DNA from: Plasmodiophora brassicae
Taxonomy: Eukaryota
NCBI GenBank assembly: GCA_036867785.1
Contig: CP145417.1
Span: 868,001-932,000 of the forward strand
DNA: 64,000 nucleotides
Direction: 5' to 3'
In this document: in pieces, positions 36,216 to 46,728 of the stretch
Layout: every line of letters starts with the position of its first letter
How positions within the stretch are numbered: position 1 is the first letter of the stretch
Translations under genes and position numbers: made by a program
Notes under the pieces: model-generated
What the model saw: only the letters and a program-made list of their open reading frames with translations
Told to the model about the DNA's origin: nothing
Databases searched by the model: none

Positions 36216-37432
36216 CTACTGCCATTCCACGTCGTCATCGTCGTTGACGTCCTCCGCCGCACAGCCTAAACGGATACGTCGCAACTCCAGCGCCGCCTTC
36301 AGTTCGTCGATGGGTGAAGGCTGGGCATCTTGCCGCACCGAACGCAGACGGGAGCGCGCTTGGTGGATCGCCGCCACCAGCTTATCTGGCAGGGCCGGTT
36401 GCCCGAGTACCTTTCGTCGTTGACCCTCGTTTGGATTGGTGGAGGGAGCAGGCGGTGGTGGTGGTGGCGGTGGTGGCGGTGGAGGAACCGGCTGCACCGG
36501 CGCAACCGACTTCCCCTTTGGGCACACGGGTGGTAGTGGCGGCACAGATGAAGCGACTGGAGCAGGTGGTCGTGGTGGTGGTGGTGACGGTGGTGCAGGG
36601 ACCGACTGCACCGACTCCAATCGCCAACCCACCGCGGGTTCCTGCGTTTCCCCATCAGCACCATCCAGCAGGTCGGAGCTGTCATCCAAGAGCACGTTGG
36701 CCTAACGCAGAGAGAACGACGCGTCAGTGACGTCGAGCGAGCAAAGCGCCCCGGTCGCACATACAGGATCGTCGCCGGCACTCGCAGAGCCATTCTGTTT
36801 GGGGCAGGCCGGCTGCTGCGGCAGCATCGACGCCGGTTGCTGGTCAACGACCTGGATGGAGTGGCCACCGATGCGCGAGGAATCGGCGGGGGCGACATCA
36901 TCTGCCAACGTGTCAGTACTGTCGCTCGGGACGGCACTCGGTTCGTTACCGGGTTCGGCGACGGCCGTCGTCGTCACGCTCAGGTCCACTGGCGCCTTGC
37001 CTGCGGTGGCGTCGCCCTCGTCCAGTTTGCCATCGCCAGGGACCGTTAACGGCGGCGCAGGCGGCGACGGCGCTCCAGGGGCCGTCCTGTGTGAATGCCT
37101 GGTCAGTTGCTGGCGACCGGGCCCTGCTCTGTGCAGGCGCGCGTACGGAGGTGGCGACGGCATCGACGCGCGCGTGAGACTGTCGACGGTGCTCTCCAGT
37201 TGACCAATGCGCTGTCGAAGGGCGTCCATCTGCGTTCATCGTCAGAAGGCCACCTGAAGACAGCAGGCGGCCGAGAAGCCTGGACCTCAGAGGCAAAGGT
37301 GGCCCCATCGAGGAGATCCGGCGGAGACAGGCAGGCGCCCACTCGTGCCATGGCGTTCCGGAACCGGGACGCCTTCCGGCGCGGCGTGCTGTCTGGAATT
37401 CCGAAGGCAGGGGCCGCGTGCATGTTGCCCAT
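36216..37432 (-). CDS. Proline-rich WH2-C-A (VCA) protein, putative Arp2/3 nucleation-promoting factor, copy A (four exons)
   Basis: MGNMHAAP...FASE|MDALRQRIGQLES...; polyproline; DKLVAAIHQARSRLRSVRQ (WH2); DELKAALELRRIRLG (C); EDVNDDDDVEWQ* (A). Confidence 0.75.
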
Positions 37433-38231
37433 TGCCGCGCGGCAACGACCTGGTCGGATCACGCGACGACGCCGGGTGGTACCCAAACGTCCAGGTAGCA
37501 CTATGAGCAGTAAGGCACGCGTCACTGGCCGACTGGGTCCACGTTACGCGCCCAACGGGGATCGGACGATGGTTAGACCAGTCGACCGCGTGACGAATAT
37601 CCCAGAACGTTAGGGATACGATATGTAGAGGGTCGGCCCGATTCGGTAGCAGCGCTGTACAGGTCAGCGGAATCGGCGCCTCGCCTGGGGCATTGACGGG
37701 ACCCTGGACGCCAGCGTCAGCGTTGGCCGGTTGTTGCCCATCAAGGCGATGAGCGGTTTGCGGTCGCAGGCCCTGTTCATGGTTGGCTGAAACGCCCAGA
37801 GTACGCCGGATCCCATCCAAGGCAGGCGGTCGTCCTCTCACCTTCGACGATGTCCTGGCAGTGATCGACGCCGCCGTACGCGCCGATGGTTCTGAATGGG
37901 TTGATCTCGATCCCCAAGACGAATCCGACAGGTTCGTGGACAGGATGTTCGACGACCTGGTCTAAACACCGGCCATCTGCCTGTTCCATCTAACGATGAC
38001 AAGGGAGACCTGCATAGGTAGTACTATAAGTGACACTGATGTCGTCACCCGACATCGCCCGGCCCGGTTGCGACCGCAGATCCGAAATCAGTCGACAGCC
38101 ATTGGACGAATATCTGCCGTCGCTAGGCTCAACTGTGCTGTTCAGCCGCCCAAGGCAAGACGGCCATCTGCGGGGCAATACTGCATTGTTTATGGTTGTT
38201 GAACGACGGATACACATTTGCTACTGCCAGT

Positions 38232-38883
38232 TCAGGTCGTCATCGTCGCTGACGTCCTCCGGCGCCCTGGTGCCTAACCGAATTCGTCGGCACTCCAGCG
38301 CCGCCTTCCATTCGTCGAAGGGTGTTGGTTGGGCAACTCGCGGCACCGATCGTAGACGGGAGCGCGCTTCTTCGACCGCCGCCAAACAGCTTATCTGGAC
38401 GGCCCTGTTGCTCTACTACCTGTAGTTGGCCCTCGTGTCGATTAGAGGAGGGAGCAGGTGGTGGTGAAGGGGCAGATTGCACCGGTCCTCCTCGTTTGGT
38501 ACGCTGGTGGCGGTGGCGGCGCAGGAGGGGCGATTGGAGTAGGTGAGGCGGTTCCTCCTTCATCAGCACCACCTGCTCCAATCGCCCCTCCTGCGCCGCC
38601 ACTGTCACCAGCGTACCAAACGAGAAGGACCGGTGCAGTCTGTCCCTTCGCCACCACCTGCTCCCTCCTCTAATCAACACGAGGGCCAAATACAGGTAGT
38701 AGAGCAACAGGGCCGTCCATATAAGCTGTTTGGCGGCGATCCACGAAGCGCGCTCCCGTCTGCGTTCGGTGCAGCAAGAGGCCCAGCCTGCACCATTCGA
38801 CGACCTAAAGGCGGCGCTGGAGTGCCGACGAATCCGTTTAGGCACCAGTGCGACGCTGGACGTCAGCGACGATGACGACTTGA
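38232..38883. repeat. Fold-back inverted repeat (~310-bp arms, ~24-bp spacer) made of two VCA-gene 3' fragments
   Basis: 38232-38545 against 38570-38883; the arms read ...EWKAALECRRIRLGTRAPEDVSDDDDLNWQ* (-) and AAIHEARSRLRSVQQ...DDLKAALECRRIRLG..DVSDDDDL (+). Confidence 0.9.
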
Positions 38884-39551
38884 GTGCGCTCCACGATGTT
38901 CTCGCCTCGGGACGGCTCGACAGGTTCCTGTCCACCTGCCGACTCGTCGAACGGACCAGCTGGATTTTGAAAAGAGGCCGCCCAGCATTAGGCGTTCGCA
39001 GTATGGTCGCCTCTGCAAGTTATGTTAGCGGCCATGATATTTGAACAGGATCCGGCGAACTCACTGGATCGGATGACTCGCGAACCCCGATTTCTGCTGC
39101 TAAATCGTGCTTGACGGTAGTTTGGTGGGAAGACGGACGCTCTCCCCGACGACTGCTGGCTTTCCTATTGGTGCTGCTTCTCGCCGTTCTGCCCCGTTCG
39201 CGCCTACTTGTGTATGCCTGCTTGTCTGTGATGGTGTAGTGCGCTGTTCGGCTGCCTGAGGCAACGTTTGCTGGGGGTTTTCGTAGGTTCGATGTGTGAG
39301 GTCGCAAGAGCGACATTGTGATCGGCAGACGCTGCTTCGTCTTACGATATATAGCGGTCAGTCAATAGCTAATCAATCTACAACGACCATGAGGTAACCT
39401 TGGCGCTAGTCGTCCCTGGCGGCTGTCTTTGTCGAAGGAAAATGCTGGGCGGGACTCGATACTTTGACGAATATGCTCTCCGCGAGGATGCCATTTGGGG
39501 TCGGCTGCCGTTCTTCAACGACTACAACGCTTCTGATGAGCACCCACATTG

Positions 39552-40522
39552 CTAACAAGCGACAGTAACGGGGGCACTCACGTTCCTATTCTGCAACGTT
39601 GTCGTCATCAGCTTGCCTCTCAGGTTGTCTTCCGGCGTCGTCGTCCTGTGCACCTTCCTGGTCGTCCTCTTCTTGGGCCCCGTTGGGAGTTGGACCGGCC
39701 GTCGATTCGGAGGCGCCGTGGATGCATGTCCAGAATACAACTCCGGCCATGTGAACGACGAATGCAGCGTCAGCGACTTGATTGCATTGGTGGACAGCGT
39801 TTGCCAGCCAGGCTCATTCGTCCAGACCTCGTGGTCAGCGGCCCCGGCGCCTGGGTTCAACGATTTCCAGACGATCCAGACGATCCCGGGGGACATTGCC
39901 GCCGACGCTTGCGTGCTTAGGCTGGTCGCCTTGTTCGTACCGGTGGCACCGAATTCCTCCAGGATGATCCTCTTCCCATACTGCCTCGCCAGTGCCAGCG
40001 ATTGGTTCAACCCGGATGCTGTTTGCCGCGTGTAACCGTGGACGGCCACGATGTCAACAGAGGGGCAGTGGAAGTACGACTTGGAGTTCGAGTCAGAGAA
40101 TGCCACCACTCCCCCGGTTGACACGAGAATCGGATTTCGTGGGCCCAGCGCTTGGCGGATGACGGCAAGCACGATCGCAGAGCCAGGACGGGTTCGTGAC
40201 AGAGGGATACCCCTGGGATTCGTTCTCGTGTTCGAACGCGAACACGACCTCGGACAGGGCCGACCAGGATCGGTTACCGAGCAGAGCGTTCTGGTGGTTC
40301 AATATGCAGCAGGCGAGGTCGAAGTCGGACTGGGCTCGCGCGCGAGTCGAAATAGAACGCTGTCGCATTGTTGTTGGGCCCTGACACACAGGGACACCGT
40401 CAGCACGCGTCGCACATGCATAGGTATAATACATGGCGAGGGCCCGTTGGCAGATGATACATGTAGTCGTAGGCGTCGGAGCCGGACCACCCGAGCATAT
40501 ACCTGTCGTGCATCGCGATGAT
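39552..40522 (-). pseudogene. 3' fragment of the GH5 glycoside hydrolase
   Basis: Matches 58347-59560 (IIAMHDRYMLG, EHENESQG, DIVAVHGY, IILEEFG) with frameshifts; the C-terminal 21-bp repeat is present as about one unit. Confidence 0.88.
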
Positions 40523-41469
40523 CAAAGCGCGAACAGCATATTGTGCATGCGTTTAATGATTATGTGGTACTTAGTTCTTACTCCAACCTCGATCCGCATT
40601 GCCATGCATGGTCGTGCGTATCATTCGGGATCGCCAGCAGAAGACAGCTGCGAAATTGAAAAAGACTTTTGGCAGGCGTCGTGAGGCATTCACCATTGAA
40701 ATTCAGATTGCACGATTGCATCGTTCGCACGTTCCAGTATGGAGAGGCAAATCGGTTAATCGCCGTCTCTTGAGCTTCGGAAATAACGCGGTCCGGGACA
40801 GTTCGTGGCAAACCCTGCTCCTGCATCGTTCCCCCAACTGCACCAGCTGATGCAGGAGCGATCCAAGACCGGGGGATGCTGCCGACCTGCATCCAATTTC
40901 CGGCCAGTGATTGTTGACAAGGTAGGCCGTCCTCGCCAATTATTCACATGACGGATCGACGTGACAATCAACGCTAATCGAGTCTGGGTCGTGTTGACCG
41001 ACACCGCGTATACTGATTCCAGCAGGTATACCCAGGTATGTCAGGCCCGGAAGGGGACAATAAGTAGCTCAGCCGATGGGCCAACCCGGGGTACATTCGC
41101 GGCCTCCAGATCATCGAAGTTATGTCGCCACCGTGATAATGACGGGGCGGTTCGCTGCACGCGTTGTCGGCCGCGGTGCATTCTGGGAAGGGGACTGTGA
41201 CAGACCGCCTGGGCCCGACCAAGACCCCCGTTCCCCAGTGGACCGCCTCGGTGCACCTGCATTGCGCGCAGGTCAGGCGCGTCAGGCAACCCGTGTCCTC
41301 CACGTGCGCCTACGTTCTTGAACAGAGTGAGGACTGACGCCGGAATGTTCCATGATCAGGGCTGCGAGGCTGTGGCGCCGCGGACGCGAACACGGGGGGC
41401 CCTCTGGCCTCTCGGCATTCCGCCCGCACTCGCATCAGTCGTCGCCGACGGCAAGGCGCCGCCGCTGCT

Positions 41470-43150
41470 CTATGGACGTCACCAGTCTCACCACCGACAC
41501 GACGACACCCGAGGAGGTCGCCCTCGTTGTCCGCAACCTCTCGCCAAGGACGCGCACGTCTAATTGGCAGCTTTGACGGCAGTGTCCTCTCGGGACCACA
41601 TCATCTGGGACGACGACGCATCCAGCGAGGACCGTAGAGACCTCATCAAGAGGTTCTGGTCGTGTATGCATGCGCCGCGTACCGATGTCTGCGGTTCCTT
41701 TTACGTGCGGCAGCCTTGCCCCAGATCGCGAGACGTGTGTCGTCGGACCACCTAACGGCGAATCCGCGTGGTCGAGGCGCGCCTACGATCGTGTCGGTGT
41801 CGCGAGCCAGAATTGGACAAGGCCGTCTTGCCCGACAGTGACTCCTCTTTCGGTGCCCTGTTCTCGAGCGACGACCACCTGCGAGTTCCGATCGCGTACC
41901 TGCTGGCGGCACTACCTCTTTCAGGACATTCGCCCCGAGCTTGCACTGCCGACCCGTGCTCCAGTACCACGCCGAGCTGTGGGATCGCCGGACGCGGCGT
42001 TGCACATCCCCGAACCATCAAACCTGACGTCGCATGTCGAGCTGGCGCTTGCGTCCGTCTATACGCTGACGAATACGGGAGTCACCTTGAAATTTCGGCA
42101 CGCTTCGGTTAGCTGGCGCGCGTTTCAACGCCGTCGAGCCCTTTGGCAATGTCGAGAATGACCTTGATCCGGTCAGCGCCAGTCAGCTCGTACCAGATCG
42201 GCCAAGGTCGAGAGCTCCACGAGAAGGAGCTGACTGGCGCTGACCGGATCAAGATCATTCGCGACATTGCCAAAGAGCTCGACGGCGTTGAAACGCGCCA
42301 GCTAACTGAAGCGTGTCGAAATTTCAAGGTAGTCTCGCCCCGATCATCGGCTGTCTAAACAACCACTGCAATAGCGACGTCGATCAGTTCCTTGAGAAAT
42401 GGAACCCGTTCCAGCATTCCCGGTTCGGTCGAGCGCCGCATTCGTCAGCGTATCGACGGACGGCGTCGGCGAAGGTAAACAGTGGATGCAGAAGGTCCAG
42501 ATTGACGGCACCGTCCGCCTCGACGACGCCGCGGTTCCCCTACCTGAAGGAGTTCGGGTCGCCCCCGCGATCCAGGTCCTGCTATGCGTATCCCCCGCGT
42601 TCGCCGAAGCGCCGTCGCACCGGAGACGTCGTTGAGGACGAGTTCGACACGTCGTCGGGCGTCTCGATCTGCCTGCTCCGTTCGCAGGACGGGTTGCGCG
42701 TCACCGCCAAGGTCAAGCCGAAGAGCAGGCGGCTGGAGGTCGACCTGCTGCGGGCGGCGCAGGTCCCGGGCATCGTGCGCCTGGTCGACGCCGAGGTCCG
42801 GGGCGACGTCGGCATCGTGCTCGTCGAACAGCGCCTGGATCGGGTCGATCTGGCTGAGCTGTCGCTGGCGGGGATGGCCACCTTGCTCATTCGCCTGTTC
42901 CTGGATGGCCGCCGTTCTCTTTCGCCTGTTCCTGGATGGCCGCCGTTCTCTTTCGCCTGTTCCTGGACGGCCTCGACGCATTGCGGACGATGGAACGCGC
43001 CGGCATCGTGCACCGCGACACCTCGTCAACAACCTCGTGTACTCGATGGAGGATCGTCGATGGCGCCTCAACGATTTCGACGCCGCCTGTCGCGTCTCGG
43101 ATCTGGTGAACGGGCGGGACGGCGTTCGTCTCCTGCACGGTTTGAATAGA
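41470..43150 (+). pseudogene. Degenerate protein-kinase-like gene (FunK1/CRN-type HRD...N...DFD motifs)
   Basis: VTAKVK...LEVDLLRAAQVPGIVRLVD; LDALRTMERAGIVHRD(frameshift)NNLVYS..RWRLNDFDAA; internal ~31-bp triplication at ~42870-42970; the upstream extent is a guess. Confidence 0.55.
42084..42330. repeat. Fold-back inverted repeat (~105-bp arms, ~37-nt loop)
   Basis: accttgaaatttcggcacgcttcggttagctggcgcg...gtcagctc (42084-42189) against gagctgactggcgc...gaaatttcaaggt (42227-42330). Confidence 0.92.
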
Positions 43151-43610
43151 ATGATTGGCACCCGTGGCATAGTAGGGTTTGTGTGGATGGTCGCTTTGCG
43201 TGTTTAGTATAAGAGATTATGTGCGACTTTGACGGTGTGCTAAGGTCCACGAGGCCAGATTTAATGCCTCATCTCTTATAGTAAACATGTAACGCGACCA
43301 TCCCACACAAACCCTACCCTGTCACGGGTGCCAATCATTCTATTCAAACCGTGCAGGAGACGAGCGCCGCCGCCGCCGTCCACCAGATCCGATATGCGAC
43401 AGGCGGCGTCGAAATCGGTGAGGCGCCATCAACGATCCTCCATCGCGTACACGAGGTTGTTGACGAGGTGTCACGGTGCACGATGCCGGCGCGTTCCATC
43501 GTCCGCAATGCGTCGAGGCCGTCCAGGGACAGGCGAAAGAGAACGGCGGCCACCCCGCCAGCGACAGCTCAGCCAGATCGATCCGATCCAGTCGCTGTTC
43601 GACCAGCATC
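42820..43610. repeat. Fold-back inverted repeat of the kinase fragment (~340-400-bp arms, ~53-nt spacer)
   Basis: 42820-43217 against 43271-43610; ORFs 43340-43615(-) and 43344-43553(-) repeat LVEQRLDRIDLAELSLAG and LDGLDALRTMERAGIVHRD. Confidence 0.92.
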
Positions 43611-43940
43611 TCCAACGCGGGGCCTATATCTATGAGTCACGCACAGCTATTGACAACGATCGCCCCCATCGCGGAACCATCGCAATGTACGCCGTACGGG
43701 CCCCGCAACCGGCGTCTTTGCATTGGGGGCTGGTCGTGGAAGGTCTCCCGTCGCTCCACGTTTGCCGCGTGCCATCGCAGTCACGCAGATACTGTCATAC
43801 TGCGCAACTCCGAGGCTCCTGAGTTATGCTGGGGTCTACCCATAACTCAAAAGTGATCGCTTTAGCTCATAGATTGGCTCTTAGACCAGCGGTGGGGCCA
43901 TATAATTTTTGTGTATAGCTCAGCGTTGGAGATGCCCTAA

Positions 43941-45939
43941 TTACCGGCGTGAGATGTTGACGGTGACGGCGCGCGATTTGCCCTTGCCGCGTCGAAGACG
44001 ATCCATCTGCGCCCTGACGCGCTGCATGCGCGACGGCTCCGCCGACCTGCGATGGGCGGACTCGTCGTCCTCGTCCAGGACGCGCGGGACCGGACGGACC
44101 GTGTAGTCGAATATGGCCTTGTCGGGGCGTTCCGCGTGGTGGCTCTGATACCGGATCATTGGGACGTCACGCGACGCTGTCAGTTTCGCGTGACGGTTGC
44201 GCACCATGGCGGCTTCTCGCTCGGAGACAGCACGGATCTTGCGGTAGTCGGTGTCGGCTCGGATGAGCGGCCGCGTCCACTTTTCGATCAGGGCCCGCAA
44301 CGTGTGCTTGTTCTTCGCGGTCTCCTCCTTGTGCTTCCACAGGGCCATTAAGACAATACCGAGGCCTTCGCTCTCCAGCAGGAGGTCTTGGTCGATCGGA
44401 AGTTGATCGAGGAGCGCGTAGAGCCGTGTTCGGAGAGTTAGGTTCGGCAACGATCCATCAGGCAGGATGTTCAGCCAGTCCCGGAACTGGCGCAGCACGC
44501 CGCCGTCTAGCAGCATCTGCTGCACCTGGTTCTTCTTCGTTTCGCGTTCCACTGTGTCCAGCAGCATAATCTTCTGGACGGCCGGCTTCTGCTCGGCGAA
44601 TGCTTGCAGGTCTGCTTCACACGCTGCGCGCATGCGATCCAGCAACTGCTCGGCAACAGGTGCCGCGTCGTCCAGCGTCGTTTCCGATTGCCGTCGGCGC
44701 CGACGGGACTTCATCGAAGCGAGCACGGCGTCGATGTGCGTCATTGGTTTCTTCGCCGGCTTCTCATCTGAACGTGGCGCTAAGTCATCCATAGAGCAGG
44801 GACGAATCGCCACCGTTACCATCACTGGACCGCTGACTTCCAACGTCGTCGTCTTCGATCTCCGACACACGACGCTTGAGCCGTTTGCCGGGTTTCGACG
44901 CCGACGATGGGGGCTTCTCTGGAACTGGGTTCGCTTGTCGCCAGGCTATGACTTCCTCGTCGTAGCGGGCCTTATCGGCAGCCGCTTTCTCGACATATGG
45001 CTAGTCATTGAGTCAGCGTCCGCCGTTAGAACCGATATTCTTTCAGATTGACCTTCTTGTCGTCCTCGGACAAGTCTTTCCACATCTGTCCCAAAATCTT
45101 GCCAAGATCGCCAAAGCTCGTCTCAGGATTGTCGGCTTTAACATCAGAGCGCTTCTCCTGGGAGAAGTACATGAACGCCGACAGTGGCCGCTTCGGATGC
45201 CCTGCAGATAAGGACGTCTTCCGCTTCTTCGGGATCCGATGCCTGCCCGAGGTCGTCAAAGATCCAAAGACCGACAGAAGAACCGTGATGCGTACTCTGA
45301 TGCAGATTGAAGACGTTTCTTCCTCTTCGGCTGGACGATTTCTTCGTCTCCCGAAGCCAGCTCGGCCTCGCTGGAAGACGACCCTGACGAGGCCTCTTGC
45401 GCCGCGTGTCTCAGGACGAACTCTTCTAGGCGTCGCTTGACAATGGCTTTCTGTTCCTTCGACAACGAATCGACGCCGAGCTGTTCCAACTGTCACTCAC
45501 AGCGGCTACAAGGCAAACGGGAACCGGATACCTCTTTCATAACGCGCTGTCGGACGCTGCGTTCTGTCGTATCTGGTGCAGCGATATCGACTTCTTCGAG
45601 GACAGCAGCGACCATATCTTCGACGTCTGCCACAGTTGGACCCGTCCCTTCGATGTCGCCAGATTCCTCTGTTTGCTTCACCGCTGGCGATTCAGCTTCG
45701 GGAGCCGTCGTAGTAGCTGGTTGATTGTCATCATTAGCAGAGTACATACGTTCGATAATGATAGCCTGACCGGATACGTCTTCGACAGTCGTCGCTTCAT
45801 GAACAGAAGCGATCGCATCGCGGTCTTCCCGGTTCGCTTCTTCCGCAACGAGGGGGCTGGCGCCGTCGACGCGCACGTCCGTCTGGTGGTCGTTCGTCGG
45901 TTCGGTGCTAGGCACGATCCCGTCGTCCTCAGACGCCAT
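43941..45939 (-). CDS. IWS1: IWS1/Spn1 elongation factor, predicted to carry N-terminal DEK_C-like and HMG-box domains
   Basis: C-terminus: MRAACEADL...KPAVQKIMLL, LLDGGVL..FRDWLNILPDGSLPNLTLR, EGLGIVLMALWKH.EET.KNK, LIEKWTRPLI; upstream exons RSVRQRVMKE|LGVDSL.KEQKAIVK and PKRPLSAFMYFSQEKRSDVKADNP..SFGDLGKILGQMWKDLS..DKK|PY. Confidence 0.85.
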
Positions 45940-46439
45940 CCTGCACGGTACCGTCAAACCGAGCGGCGCACAAGGCGACAGGCAGGCAGTCCCACCTTGT
46001 GTCGTCCCCGACAGCCGCCACGCGGTTGGTCTCGACGATCCCCGCGCGGTCGTACACGGTGCACGCTCCGCCGCAGCAGTCAGCACCTGAACGCGGACAG
46101 CGCACGCACTTTGACACTTTAGAGTCGGACGAAGATCTTCCTACGCAGTCGGACACTCGTTACAGCCAGGGGGATTCTTCAGTGCATATACCCGCGGAGC
46201 GTTCAACTACTGTTACAGATATTTCGCTCGACTCTGGTAGTAGGCGCAAGTTCGAGTCAGAAAAAGGAGATTACTCGGCGGCGTTGCCATCACATCTCGG
46301 ATGTCCTGTACGTCGACGCCGAGTCGATTGACTCGCTGAAGTCCCAACTGCCCGGATTAAATTGTCCCGCATTACATTCTGTGGAAATAATTGGCCAACA
46401 CAGTCAATATCGTCCACTTACCGCAGCCTTCATTGCGCG

Positions 46440-46509
46440 TCCCTTGTAGTATAGTGGCAGTACCGTTGGCTCTGTCCGACAGACCGAGGTTCAATTCCTC
46501 GCGAGGGAC
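46440..46509 (+). tRNA. tRNA-like Pol III gene with a non-canonical 6-nt anticodon loop (CTCTGT); possible pseudo-tRNA
   Basis: Acceptor TCCCTTG/CGAGGGA; D-arm GTAT-AGTGGCA-GTAC (A box); anticodon stem GTTGG/CCGAC; T-arm CGAGG-TTCAATT-CCTCG (B box); TTTTT at ~46520. Confidence 0.7.
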
Positions 46510-46728
46510 TCAACTTGTGTTTTTGCATTGGCGTCGTCAGCACTGTATGAACATTCGCCCGAGAACATTCGTCTCCGATCCGATATGCCCGATCCGATGA
46601 ACGCATTGGCGATCCGCGTCGGAGTCTCACGCATTCTTTCGTAGGGGACGCTTCGTTTTGTCCCGAAAGCCCCAGCGGACGCTGCGGCATTCCCCCTTTA
46701 ATTCGTGTTTCGGTCTCTCACGCACACC

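Larger units (their letters stand above)
35405..40522 (-). repeat. Inverted, circularly permuted segmental duplicate of ~55480-60223
   Basis: 35408-38230 is the reverse complement of ~58327-55480; 38887-40522 is the reverse complement of ~60223-58347; both outer ends fall within ~20 bp of each other in the GH5 gene. Confidence 0.9.

Noticed and set aside
35405-40522. Classical transposon explanation for the duplicated block
   Set aside because: No transposase, reverse transcriptase or helicase ORF, and no terminal inverted repeats or target-site duplication were visible
40530-41450. Short ORFs between the duplicated block and the kinase remnant
   Set aside because: No recognisable domain or consistent splice model
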